This document shows positions 48,629 through 57,839 of a stretch of DNA of 64,000 nucleotides, piece by piece. The position numbers and the translations under genes were made by a program. Source of the stretch: a virus (Duplodnaviria; Caudoviricetes); the IMG/VR virus record IMGVR_UViG_2935054407_000001, positions 1-64,000 of that record; one strand, written 5' to 3'. Numbering within the stretch: position 1 is the first letter of the stretch; every line of letters begins with the position of its first letter. Below the pieces are notes generated by a model. It did not search any database. It was not told where the DNA came from and saw only the letters and a list, made by a program, of their open reading frames with translations.

Positions 48629-49575
48629 AGGCGTACTCCTGGGACGGTGCTGAGCTGGGCGCGGAGCAGCTCGTTGTGGATGTCCTCGATCGAGTGGCTG
48701 GGCCGGTCGCGGAGCTGGGAGATGGCGCGTAGCGCGTTGACGACGCCGTTGCGCTTGTGGCTCTGCCAGCGGAAGTTGGCCCAGTCGGAGTAGCCCGCTC
48801 CGTGCTCGGTGAAGGCGGATCTGCGGCCGGTGTGGATGTCCTCGTACAGGGCGGCGGCTTGGGCCTCTGCGAGGTGCATGACGGTCTGGGAGTTCGTCCA
48901 GGCCCCCGAATTCGGGGCGGCCTGCTGGGCGTCCACGGCGGCCTGGTGGAAGCGCTTGACGACCTGGGCAGCCTGCCGGGCTTCGGCCACGATGGCGCTG
49001 TGCCAGTCGGCCGGGAACAGAGAGGCCGGGTCGCTCGGGAGCTTCGGCGGCCGGACGCTCCAGGTGTCGTCAGTCAGGCAGTACGCGGCGTAGGGCCGGA
49101 TGGACCTGATGTCGAGCCCAGTGTTGACGTTGACGTAGAACGTCAACTCGTATGCCTTCTGCCCGAAACGCGTGTGAGCGGTGCGCGGCCACAGATGGTC
49201 GCGGAGCAGTGTGTTGATGTAGGTGGCGGCTTCGCTGTTTCCGAGCCCATCGAAGTTCGGGTTGTGCTTGCGGAAGGTAATCCAGTCCACGCCGAAAAGG
49301 CAGTCGAGGTCACCATTTCCGCGTGAGGCGGCCCACTGATAGGAGACGCCGGATCCGGCTATCCAGACCTTGCTCCATGACTGCGGCCGGTGGAAGTGCT
49401 GAGTCAGAAAGCCGTACAGGGTGTTGAGGACGTGCGTCCTTACCTCGGGCCGGATTCTGTCGCCCTGGAAAAGGTTTGGATCGAGGTCGTTGCGTGGCGT
49501 CGAGAAGTAGCCGGATTCCCCTTGGGTGATTTCGATTCCGGCTGCTTGACGAAGGAACTTGTTCTGGATGGCCAC
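48625..49575 (-). CDS. Pol-beta superfamily nucleotidyltransferase
   Basis: WIAGSGVSYQW...GDLDCLFGV (GS...DxD); YELTFYVN. Confidence 0.75.
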   Translation of the reverse strand: MAIQNKFLRQAAGIEITQGESGYFSTPRNDLDPNLFQGDRIRPEVRTHVLNTLYGFLTQHFHRPQSWSKVWIAGSGVSYQWAASRGNGDLDCLFGVDWITFRKHNPNFDGLGNSEAATYINTLLRDHLWPRTAHTRFGQKAYELTFYVNVNTGLDIRSIRPYAAYCLTDDTWSVRPPKLPSDPASLFPADWHSAIVAEARQAAQVVKRFHQAAVDAQQAAPNSGAWTNSQTVMHLAEAQAAALYEDIHTGRRSAFTEHGAGYSDWANFRWQSHKRNGVVNALRAISQLRDRPSHSIEDIHNELLRAQLSTVPGVRL

Positions 49576-49645
49576 ATACCCAGATTACCTTTTTGGCCTT
49601 TTAGCTCGTTAGCGCAGAAAGCGCCGGGCGACCGGCGCTTTCTGC

Positions 49646-49909
49646 TTAGAGGTCTCGTTCCTCTACATGTCGCAGGATGACGGCTCCTTCGTTGGCCATC
49701 ATCTTGATTCGGTATCGCATCTCTGGCCAGTCTCTATGTTCCGCGAATCCGTAGGCGAGGACGATACGAATACCGCGTCCGTGGATCCCGCGCAGATTTT
49801 CCGGACCACTGACGTAGACAGCGCGCACGGCCGGGTGCTGGAGGTCACGGATCACGAAGTCAGCTATGCGCCGCTCTCGCGCGAAAACCAAGTAGGTCGG
49901 GTTGTTCAT
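49646..49909 (-). CDS. Hypothetical protein
   Basis: Coupled ORF followed by a hairpin at 49614-49645. Confidence 0.6.
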   Translation of the reverse strand: MNNPTYLVFARERRIADFVIRDLQHPAVRAVYVSGPENLRGIHGRGIRIVLAYGFAEHRDWPEMRYRIKMMANEGAVILRHVEERDL

Positions 49910-50247
49910 CGGCCCGGCATCCCGATGTCGTTCATGATCTGCTGGGTGAGTGCCTGGTCCTGGGATGCTCGGGCGGCGGCCATCATGCCGTGGTGCACCT
50001 GGGCGGCCGTCTTCTGCGCCTGGATGTCCTCGCGGGTGACTGCGCAGGCCCCTGAGATCTCATCCTGCGTCGGCTGCCGTACGACCTTGATCTTGTCGGC
50101 CAGCATGGAAGGGTCGTCGGTGGTGAGGATCATGCCATGTGGGGTCATCAGAGTGACGAAGCCCCACACGACCTGAAGCTCTTCCGGCGCGGCGGCCGAC
50201 TGAGCGGAGGGCGGCAGGTGCAGGGAGGCGGCTCCGGAGCCGTTCAT
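49906..50247 (-). CDS. Hypothetical phage protein
   Basis: Coupled ORF. Confidence 0.6.
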   Translation of the reverse strand: MNGSGAASLHLPPSAQSAAAPEELQVVWGFVTLMTPHGMILTTDDPSMLADKIKVVRQPTQDEISGACAVTREDIQAQKTAAQVHHGMMAAARASQDQALTQQIMNDIGMPGR

Positions 50248-50411
50248 CAGGCAGGGCTCCCCACGGTGGTGTTCTGGCCGTGGGCCGCCTTGAGGTCGTC
50301 CAGCTCCCGGTAGGCGTTGTCGCGGGCCGCCTGCGCGTACAGCAGGTCGTAGGTCAGATTGTCAACAATGCGCTCGTGCTTTGATCTCCGGATGAACCAC
50401 ATGTCGTTCTC

Positions 50412-50906
50412 CTATTCGGTGTAGTCGTATGCGCCCTTGGCTGCGGTCTTGCGCTGTTCCACGATCTGGTGGTACGGGCAGAAATTGCACAGGAAGGTGT
50501 TGGGCCGGTTCCTGTGATTGAGCCCGGCTTCCTTGCGCTCGGCCTTGGTGTCGGGCAGGAGACGCTTGCGGTCGCTCATGTAGTCACCGCAGTTATGCGT
50601 ACGGTTGTGCTGCTTCCAGCACTTGGCCGCGTCGAGCTGGAAAGTGTTCTTCGAGTCGTAGAAGTGATTGCCGAGACCCTCGGCGGACCGTGCATTGATC
50701 TGCTCGATGATCTGGCGGCGGATGTTGTTGTCGCGCCAGTGCTCCTCCTTGATGTCCCGGACCAGAAGGCCGCCAGCGTGCTCGGCGCCGGACGGGAAAC
50801 GGTGGCGGGAGACCAGGACATCAAGGAGGTGGTCGCCTTCAACGGGGCCTTCATAATCCGGCAGCTCTTCCATGGAGCCGCAGGTGCCGCAAAGCAGGAG
50901 TCGCAT
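50412..50906 (-). CDS. Zn-binding hypothetical phage protein
   Basis: LLLCGTC...KCW..H...C.DY...FLCNFCP. Confidence 0.75.
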   Translation of the reverse strand: MRLLLCGTCGSMEELPDYEGPVEGDHLLDVLVSRHRFPSGAEHAGGLLVRDIKEEHWRDNNIRRQIIEQINARSAEGLGNHFYDSKNTFQLDAAKCWKQHNRTHNCGDYMSDRKRLLPDTKAERKEAGLNHRNRPNTFLCNFCPYHQIVEQRKTAAKGAYDYTE

Positions 50907-50926
50907 AGTGGTTCGGGTGTTCCTTC

Positions 50927-51745
50927 TCAGGTGATGGGGGAGGTCCAGAAAAGAGGCCAGGTAACGGCGCCGACGAGGCCGTCTGCCTTGATGTTCTTCT
51001 CGTCTTGGAAGTCCATGACGATGGCCTTGGTCTTCGGCCCGAAAACGCCGTCCACGGCGATATTCCAGCCGCGTTCCTTGAGGCGGGCCTGGAAGAGCTT
51101 GATGCTCTTCTTGTCCACGGGTGTGGTGCCGGAGTGGGAGCCGGGCGTGGTGATGCTGATGCCGAAGTAATGGCCAGCGGGGAGCGGGAACCTCGGGGCG
51201 GTCTTGACGCTCGGCCGGTCGGCCTTTGCGGGCTCCGGCTCGATCTGGCCGGGCTCTGCATAGGTCGGGTAGCCGAAGCCGACGATGTTGCGGTAGGAGC
51301 GGTACATCTTCCGGAAGCCGTTTTGGACGTTGCCCTCGTAGGTGACGAGCAGGCCGTCAGCGGTCTTTCCGGCCACGACGCCGATGTGGTCGATGGCGCT
51401 GATGCCCTTGCTCGCGCCCCAGTCGAAAAAGGCGAAAGATCCGATGGTGGCGTGGGTGCCGAAACGACCCTTCCTGGCGAACCACTGGGCGTGGTAGGGC
51501 GTGTAGGCGAAGCAGCCGGTCTGCCTGAGAGCTTCCTCTGCGCCGTCTGCGCCGTTCTTTCGCTTGCCCGCTTCGTGCGCAATCCAGGCGAGGCTCATAT
51601 CGCACCAGGCGGCGCCGTCGAATGCGGAATCGTTGACGCGGTCGCCGTACCACTTGCCGTAGGGGGTGGTGCCGTTCTTGTCCTCGTAGGTGCCGATCTG
51701 CTCCTTGGCCACGGCCAGGAATTCACGGGAACTGATGCCGATCAA
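50927..51745 (-). CDS. Endolysin: CHAP domain plus peptidoglycan-binding domain
   Basis: AWCDM, DHIGVV, TYEGN; VDGVFGPKT...FQ...ADGLVGAVTW. Confidence 0.9.
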   Translation of the reverse strand: MIGISSREFLAVAKEQIGTYEDKNGTTPYGKWYGDRVNDSAFDGAAWCDMSLAWIAHEAGKRKNGADGAEEALRQTGCFAYTPYHAQWFARKGRFGTHATIGSFAFFDWGASKGISAIDHIGVVAGKTADGLLVTYEGNVQNGFRKMYRSYRNIVGFGYPTYAEPGQIEPEPAKADRPSVKTAPRFPLPAGHYFGISITTPGSHSGTTPVDKKSIKLFQARLKERGWNIAVDGVFGPKTKAIVMDFQDEKNIKADGLVGAVTWPLFWTSPIT

Positions 51746-52131
51746 TGCCGGTACTCCTCAACGAATTCGGGCAGCTCCAGCTCGTCCACGACGTGGGTGG
51801 CGGGGTCGCGGTCGTGCCCGGTGAGGCCGTTGCCGTGGCGCGGGCGGGCGGGGACGGGCTCAGGCATAGATGCTCCTAACGCATGCCGGTGTGAAAGACG
51901 GTTAGCGGACGCCAGAGGTGCGCCGGGAGACGCGGAATTCGATGGCAGTGGGGGCGGAAACGGCGCCGTCACGGTTCGGCGTGGAGTCGTATTCCGCGCC
52001 CTCACGGACGCCCTTAGCGAGACTGGCGTTCATGGATCGCGGCTGCGGATAACTCACGTCCGACCCCTTCCATTGCTGACGATGAAACGTACAAGCAATA
52101 GATTATGGGGACGGATCAGACTTTTTATAAT

Positions 52132-52641
52132 TCAGGTTCGCCACGACGGCATGAAGGCACGCAGGCGATCAGCCGTGTATTGGCTCGGGGCGAACTTGTC
52201 TTCCTTCTTGCGCAACTCCAGCGGGCCGACGACCTCGGTCTTGCCGTTGTTCACGAGGTACTCATCCGGATTTCCCTGCGGAGCCCATTTCTTGCCCTGC
52301 GCCTGATGCTCCAGCGATGTCGCCATGTTGAAATCACGAGGCCAGTCGTAGTCGCCCGGATCGATCCGGATCCCCGCATGCGGGCCGGTCGGCCCAGGCC
52401 GGGAGTTGATCTTCAGCTTGACGCGGTCCAGCAACCGGTCAGACCGGCGGCTGGGCACAGTACCCAGATAGCCGTCCGGGTACTGGGCTTCTGGCGTACG
52501 CGGGTCATCACCCGAGCGGCGCGCGTCCAGCACGTCACGCCAGCCGACGGGGAGCTGTCCCCCGCCGCCGGTCGTGAGTGCCTCGGACTGGCCCGCCCCT
52601 TGCGGGACGTACCAGCTATTGGAGTCGTACGGGCGAGCCAT
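52132..52641 (-). CDS. Hypothetical phage protein
   Basis: RTPEAQYPDGYLGTVPSRRSDRLL. Confidence 0.7.
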   Translation of the reverse strand: MARPYDSNSWYVPQGAGQSEALTTGGGGQLPVGWRDVLDARRSGDDPRTPEAQYPDGYLGTVPSRRSDRLLDRVKLKINSRPGPTGPHAGIRIDPGDYDWPRDFNMATSLEHQAQGKKWAPQGNPDEYLVNNGKTEVVGPLELRKKEDKFAPSQYTADRLRAFMPSWRT

Positions 52642-52877
52642 CAGACCCAGATCGACTTCTGATCGCCGCTCTGCGGCGGCTGCTCGGAAGCGCCGACGAC
52701 ACCGCCCAGGGCGCGGCCGACGCCGTTCTGTGTCGCGCCAGAGGCGAAGGACCCCACGCGGGAGGCGGCCCCATTGACAGCCGTGCGCGCGGCTGCGCCA
52801 CCGGCAGCGCCAGCAGCCTCACCGGCCAGCATCGGCAGCGCTCGGGCGGCGATCGACGCGACGAGTGGCCACACCAT
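52641..52877 (-). CDS. Gly/Ala-rich small protein
   Basis: Coupled ORF. Confidence 0.55.
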   Translation of the reverse strand: MVWPLVASIAARALPMLAGEAAGAAGGAAARTAVNGAASRVGSFASGATQNGVGRALGGVVGASEQPPQSGDQKSIWV

Positions 52878-53209
52878 TACATGCCCTGCCCGTACTGCCG
52901 ACGCGCGTAGAAGTCGCGGTTGCCGATCGCACTGCGGACGAGCCGGGTGTTGCGCAGGTTCGCCTCAGCGGCCGGGTCGTTGCCGACGACCATCTGAGCG
53001 CGCGGGGCGTAGGAGGCGCCGTGGCGCTCGTGGGTCTGACGCCTAACGCCCTCGGTCAGCGCAGCCTCGATCATGCCGCCGACACCGCCGTGCCGCCTGA
53101 CCTCCGTGGTGTACGGAGACGAGGCACCCGAGACGTTGTTCACCGTCGCCGCGCTCGTGCCCATAGTCGGGAACTTGGTCGTGGTCTTGTCACCCACGAT
53201 TTCCTCCAA
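52877..53209 (-). CDS. Hypothetical phage protein
   Basis: Coupled ORF; start uncertain. Confidence 0.55.
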   Translation of the reverse strand: MEEIVGDKTTTKFPTMGTSAATVNNVSGASSPYTTEVRRHGGVGGMIEAALTEGVRRQTHERHGASYAPRAQMVVGNDPAAEANLRNTRLVRSAIGNRDFYARRQYGQGM

Positions 53210-53254
53210 AGCGGTTATTTGAAGCCCGAGCAGCGGATCGCTTCCAGGCTACGA

Positions 53255-53557
53255 TCAATCCACGAGAATCTTGTAAACCAGAGCGCTCACCTTGCCGTCA
53301 GCCATTTCCACGGTCGTGAAACCGATGCGCGCGGCAAGGGTGATGCCACGCGAGCCGACATACGACTGAGCGATGGCGATACCCTTCGAGGTCTGGTTCA
53401 CCGCACCCGCGCCAATGGCTCGCAGAGAAACCTGCTTGCCGTCGTACACCGCGTGCGCGATGGCGCTGGCCAGCTTCGCTGCGTCACTGCTGGCAGACAC
53501 GCGCAGAAGAACGCTGCGATCCTCGTTCTTCTCAACACCTGCATTCTCGGAAACCAT
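53255..53557 (-). CDS. spoVS: SpoVS-family protein
   Basis: LRVSASSDAAKLASAIAH...LRAIGAGAVNQTSKGIAIAQSY. Confidence 0.88.
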   Translation of the reverse strand: MVSENAGVEKNEDRSVLLRVSASSDAAKLASAIAHAVYDGKQVSLRAIGAGAVNQTSKGIAIAQSYVGSRGITLAARIGFTTVEMADGKVSALVYKILVD

Positions 53558-53703
53558 GTTTTTCTCCTTTTCGGGTTTCCCAATCTGAGCCGTCCAATTC
53601 AGATTAGGGAAAAGGAGAGCAATGTTTGTAACGCGAAAAACCCCCGCCCGCATCAGCGGAACGGGGGCCTCTCGGCATTTAGCGCGGACCTCGCCGCTCT
53701 CTT

Positions 53704-54255
53704 CTATCGTGCCATACGCTCTGTGTGCCGTGTTACATCGCGTATGGCCTTGCGCTCATGCAGGCGGGTGTCGGTTCCGTGCGGCTCGGAAAGATACTGA
53801 GCCATTCGCGCGAGCGCGTAGGAATCGGCCGCGTTGTCGTCAGCGCACTCGACTCCCCACCTTTCCTTGACTCCGGCGATCATCTCCTCTTTGGAAGCAT
53901 TGCCGTTCCCGGTGGCGAAGAGCTTGACCTTGCTCGGCGCGATGATCGTGGGATAGCAGACAGGCTCCGGAAGGTGCCAGCGCAGGACTCGCTTCACGGC
54001 ATAGGCCAGCTCCCCCATCTCCTCCCGCCGATTCTTCGACCCGCGTGACCAGCCCTCCATTGCCACATGGACCGGATACTCCGGCAGCAACTCGATCTGC
54101 TTGCCCAGCCAGGACTCCACATCCATTAACCGGTCCACGCCCTTGCCGTACTTCACACTGGTGAACTTCACGACGCTGATGTCCGCGTAGGCGGGGTAGA
54201 GCCGGGTCAGGCCGAAGCCGCCGAAGGACTGGTCGATCCCGAGGTAGAGGGTCAC
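53704..54255 (-). CDS. RuvC-like Holliday junction resolvase
   Basis: YLGIDQS, VAMEG, PSKVKLFATGNGNASKEEM, DNAADSYALA. Confidence 0.88.
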   Translation of the reverse strand: MTLYLGIDQSFGGFGLTRLYPAYADISVVKFTSVKYGKGVDRLMDVESWLGKQIELLPEYPVHVAMEGWSRGSKNRREEMGELAYAVKRVLRWHLPEPVCYPTIIAPSKVKLFATGNGNASKEEMIAGVKERWGVECADDNAADSYALARMAQYLSEPHGTDTRLHERKAIRDVTRHTERMAR

Positions 54256-54857
54256 CAGGTCTCCACCAGCGCAGCCAGCTCGCGCACCTTGAGCGGCATA
54301 TCCGCCAGTGGCGTGCTGGACAGGTCGAACAGATGGTTCTCCGTTCCCGGCATGAAGTACTCGCTGGCGTGATCGTTCACAGGCCCCACGCCGTCCCGGT
54401 GGATGCGAACCACCTTGAACCGGCCGTCCACCACGGAGACCCGGTCACGCAGGGCACATGCCTCATGGAGGAAGCGCACGTCCGAGACGACCACGCGCCC
54501 ATGTCCAGGGAGCTGGTCCAAGACGATGTTCACCCAGGCCCGTTCGCCAGCGACCTTCTTGACCGCTTCTCCGGTGTCCTGGAGCAGGCGGCGAATCTCG
54601 GGGTATTCGCGCTTGGCGTCATCCCAGCCGAGGTCGGCTACGAGATCCCCGAGACGACGGGCCGCCCAGTCGATCGGGTAACCCCGCGCCTCCTCATATC
54701 CAGGTGCGTCGATGATGGGGTTGATCTCCGTCAGCATGACCTTGAGTGCGTCAGCGAAGGCGAACCGCTTGTAGCCGTGCTCGCGGACCAGGAGGTCGGC
54801 CACGGTGTCCTTGCCCACGCCGCCGTATCCGCTCAGGCCGATAATCCGCAGGCTCAC
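54252..54857 (-). CDS. Deoxynucleoside monophosphate kinase
   Basis: IIGLSGYGGVGKDT, FADALK, RRLLQDTG, VVSDVRFLHE. Confidence 0.9.
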   Translation of the reverse strand: MSLRIIGLSGYGGVGKDTVADLLVREHGYKRFAFADALKVMLTEINPIIDAPGYEEARGYPIDWAARRLGDLVADLGWDDAKREYPEIRRLLQDTGEAVKKVAGERAWVNIVLDQLPGHGRVVVSDVRFLHEACALRDRVSVVDGRFKVVRIHRDGVGPVNDHASEYFMPGTENHLFDLSSTPLADMPLKVRELAALVETW

Positions 54858-55171
54858 AGCGAGATCTCCGATTCGGGAACGTACTGGATTCCGTAGTAGC
54901 CGCTTCGCTTAACGCCTCGCCAAATCCCATAGACGTTGCCGAAAATGATGTTCCGGTGCTTGATGAGCCGGTCGAAGTCGGACCAGAACATCGGGTAGCG
55001 GAGGCCGTTCACGCCGCGCCAGTAGATCGTCATGGCCGACCGGCCACGCGTGTATCCGTCGTACTCAAGGGTTCCCTCGAACGGAGCGAGCGGACGGCGC
55101 TCCGCGACACCCCACGATGTGTCGTGGCGCATGTTGCCCTGCTCGTCGAAGGGAACGTTTTCCAGGATCAC
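54854..55171 (-). CDS. Hypothetical phage protein
   Basis: Coupled ORF. Confidence 0.65.
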   Translation of the reverse strand: MILENVPFDEQGNMRHDTSWGVAERRPLAPFEGTLEYDGYTRGRSAMTIYWRGVNGLRYPMFWSDFDRLIKHRNIIFGNVYGIWRGVKRSGYYGIQYVPESEISL

Positions 55172-55848
55172 GCCGCCTCCAGCAGGTTCTTGGCACGATT
55201 CATGAGCCTGGCGGCATTGCCGTGCCAGCTCTGGTCACCGTTGGACCGCAGCCAGGTCCCGGAAGCCAGCTCTTCGAGCAGCTCGCGCAGCGGCCGGTTC
55301 TGCTCGGCCTCGTAGGCAGTGAGGAAGTCGCCGATGGTCTTGTTCCACCGGGCATCGTGAAGCGCGTGGTGGACGATGGCCGTCTGCGCGTCTTCTGCCT
55401 GCTGCGGGAGCGCCGGACGGCCGAGCCGCTTCCACTCCGTCATCAGGTCGTCTGTCTGCATGGGGATGCCAGAAGGCAGGTCCAGCATCCGGCCGAAAAT
55501 CTGGGCCAGGCCGACGTGGTCATACGCGCTGTAGTAGGCCCACAGCTCCGGGTCCGGCGTCTCGGCCACGAAGGCGGAGATGGCCTTGCGCAGCTCGTTC
55601 CGGTACATGACCTTGGTCATGTCCGGGTGCTGGAAGTCCCAGCACTCCCAGCCGTCGGTCTCGGGCAAGCGCACCGGCAAGTGCGGAGCGACGTTCTCTC
55701 GCAGGAACGTGTGATCGACCAACGCGTGATACGGCAGCTCCGCGTTGATCGCGTACAGCTCGCGCCCGTCGTCGGCGACCATTCCGATGCTGATGAGGTC
55801 GATGGTCCGGCCGGAGTCGAAGAACTCCAGGTCGTAGTAGATCCTCAT
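55168..55848 (-). CDS. DEDD 3'-5' exoribonuclease (Rv2179c / RNase AS-like)
   Basis: IYYDLEF, LISIGMVADDGRELYA, WAYYSAYDHV, HHALHDARW. Confidence 0.88.
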   Translation of the reverse strand: MRIYYDLEFFDSGRTIDLISIGMVADDGRELYAINAELPYHALVDHTFLRENVAPHLPVRLPETDGWECWDFQHPDMTKVMYRNELRKAISAFVAETPDPELWAYYSAYDHVGLAQIFGRMLDLPSGIPMQTDDLMTEWKRLGRPALPQQAEDAQTAIVHHALHDARWNKTIGDFLTAYEAEQNRPLRELLEELASGTWLRSNGDQSWHGNAARLMNRAKNLLEAA

Positions 55849-56126
55849 GCGCTCGCCTCCTGCTCGGCGTCCTTCGGAAGGATGAAGCGGTCGGTGACGT
55901 CCACCCAGCCGGAAAGGCCGTAGAAGATCGCGGTACACGCCGCGTACACCTTCGTTCGGGCCAGCTCGGCGTCCGACATGCAGTTGAGGCGCTGCTGGAC
56001 GTGGGCCTTGGTCGTGTAGGGCCGGTCGCGGTTGCTGCCGACCAGGAGGTAGATGGTCGCGGGCAGCTTGTCGTCTACGATGCGCGGCGCCTGGTAGAAG
56101 GGCGGCATCGGGAGGAGCTGGGACAT
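55845..56126 (-). CDS. Hypothetical protein
   Basis: AAGGA RBS then MSQLLP. Confidence 0.6.
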   Translation of the reverse strand: MSQLLPMPPFYQAPRIVDDKLPATIYLLVGSNRDRPYTTKAHVQQRLNCMSDAELARTKVYAACTAIFYGLSGWVDVTDRFILPKDAEQEASA

Positions 56127-56211
56127 GTGATTTTCCTTGTGATCTTCGACTGGTGCGCCTGTGTGAAAGACAGGGCCGCGCACGCGCGGCGCATGCGCGG
56201 CCCTGGTCGCG

Positions 56212-56547
56212 CTACTCCACGACGGTGAGGTTCGACAGGACGGAGATGGTCACGGTGGCAGCCTGGTAGCGCCAGTTGTTGCCCTGCGAGCGGCGCTCCG
56301 GCTTGACGGTGACCTTGGTGACGGGCTTGCTGACGAGGTTGTCGCCATCCCAGGAGTAGCCCTGGCGCGTGACGATCTTGGTGACCTCGCCCTCCACCAT
56401 GCGCAGGCCGTTGCCGTACTCGGACGGGTAGAGGACCTTGCTGCCGATGGTGATGTCCTTGCCACGCCAGTCCTTGAAGACGAGCTGAATCTCCACAGTG
56501 GGCTCAGGGGCGACCTTGTGCGTGGGGGCGTCGGTGTTGAAAAACAT
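56212..56547 (-). CDS. Hypothetical phage protein
   Basis: AAGGAG RBS; KDWRGKDITIGSKVLYP. Confidence 0.65.
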   Translation of the reverse strand: MFFNTDAPTHKVAPEPTVEIQLVFKDWRGKDITIGSKVLYPSEYGNGLRMVEGEVTKIVTRQGYSWDGDNLVSKPVTKVTVKPERRSQGNNWRYQAATVTISVLSNLTVVE

Positions 56548-56561
56548 TGTCAGTTCTCCTT

Positions 56562-57248
56562 TTAGAGCATGTCCGCGAAAACGGACGGGCTGGTCTCGGA
56601 CAGAGCGGTGAGCGCCATTTGCGCGAACTGCTGGATTTCGGCGTCGGCGGAGGGGTCGATACGGCGGGCGATGACCTCGCGCCAGGCCCGGAAATTGCCG
56701 GTGACGACCAGCTCGACGGGCGTCATGTTCGGCAGGACGCTGCGGGCGGCTTCGCGCGCCTGCTTGCGCGGCAGCCCTTTCTTGGTCAGGTCGAAGACCA
56801 GGGAGTCATACCAGCCCTTCATCTCCTGGTAGCGGGTGAGGAGGGCGCTGGTCAGCTCCAGGTCTTCCTGGATGGCGGGCGGGATGACGGGGACGTTCTC
56901 GGGCGAGCAGTAGCGCTGGCTGATCACGGAGAAGCTCAGGTGGCGGTGGCGGGTCAGCTCAGCCAGCAGCGAGCGGGAGACGCCTTCCACGTACAGTGAG
57001 GCGGAGGAGTGCTCCAGGACCGACAGGTGGCCCTGGGAGATGATGTGGGCGATGTAGTCGGCGTTCTTCTGGGTGGCCGGGTTCTTCTTCTCCCAGCTCT
57101 GGTAACAGAGCCTTCCTGCGTACTCGATCAGCGCTTCGGTGTCCTTGGGGTAGCCGCCCTCAGGAACAGAACTGATCCAGCCGTATCCGAGCTTGTCGTC
57201 CACGACCTCGCCTTCGAGGCGAGTGATGGCAATCAGTGTGACTTCCAA
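56562..57248 (-). CDS. thyX: Flavin-dependent thymidylate synthase
   Basis: GHLSVLEH, ELTRHRHLSFSVISQRY, REAARSVLPN. Confidence 0.95.
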   Translation of the reverse strand: MEVTLIAITRLEGEVVDDKLGYGWISSVPEGGYPKDTEALIEYAGRLCYQSWEKKNPATQKNADYIAHIISQGHLSVLEHSSASLYVEGVSRSLLAELTRHRHLSFSVISQRYCSPENVPVIPPAIQEDLELTSALLTRYQEMKGWYDSLVFDLTKKGLPRKQAREAARSVLPNMTPVELVVTGNFRAWREVIARRIDPSADAEIQQFAQMALTALSETSPSVFADML

Positions 57249-57260
57249 TTTGTGCTCCAG

Positions 57261-57839
57261 TTAGTTGTTCCAGCGGTGATTTCTGGCCTCGCGATCTGCT
57301 CGGCCGGTTCTTCGGGTGAGTTCGCGGGAAACGAGGAAACAGTCCCGTTCCAGGGAGTCATGAATCGTCTCTGTGAGCTTGCGGACGGCGTAGGCGGCTG
57401 TTGCGGAATTGCGGGCCTCTACGACGTCGGGGTCTTCATCGGCTTTGGCCTTTGCAGCGGAGACCGATTTCTCGGCTTTGCCGTTGATGAGAACCCGAGC
57501 CCGGCGCACGTCCAGCTCTGCCTCTGCGTCCTTCTCATCGATCGCCGCCAATGCCAGTTGGCTCCCGGCGTAGGCGACCCATGCGTTGAGGAGGCTGAAC
57601 AGCTCCATCAGCGCGCCGTCCGACAGCTCCGTCAGGTCCTTCGGCAGTCGCGGCCGGGACTCGTCGGGCTGCTCGGGCAGCTCCAGTCCGGCTCTTGCCA
57701 GCGCGAGCCGTGCCTGCCGGTTGGCCTGGCTGGTCTGCTCCGGCGGGTTCTGTGTTCGGCTGATCCGGCGCAACGTCGCTCCAACAGCGGGAGAAGTAGG
57801 GGCAGTCGGTGCAGGTCTTGGAATCGCGGGCGAACTCAC
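57261..57839 (-). CDS. Helical phage protein (possible recombination mediator)
   Basis: LPKDLTELSD...LVSRELTRR; start uncertain; overlaps the nuclease ORF. Confidence 0.65.
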   Translation of the reverse strand: MSSPAIPRPAPTAPTSPAVGATLRRISRTQNPPEQTSQANRQARLALARAGLELPEQPDESRPRLPKDLTELSDGALMELFSLLNAWVAYAGSQLALAAIDEKDAEAELDVRRARVLINGKAEKSVSAAKAKADEDPDVVEARNSATAAYAVRKLTETIHDSLERDCFLVSRELTRRTGRADREARNHRWNN

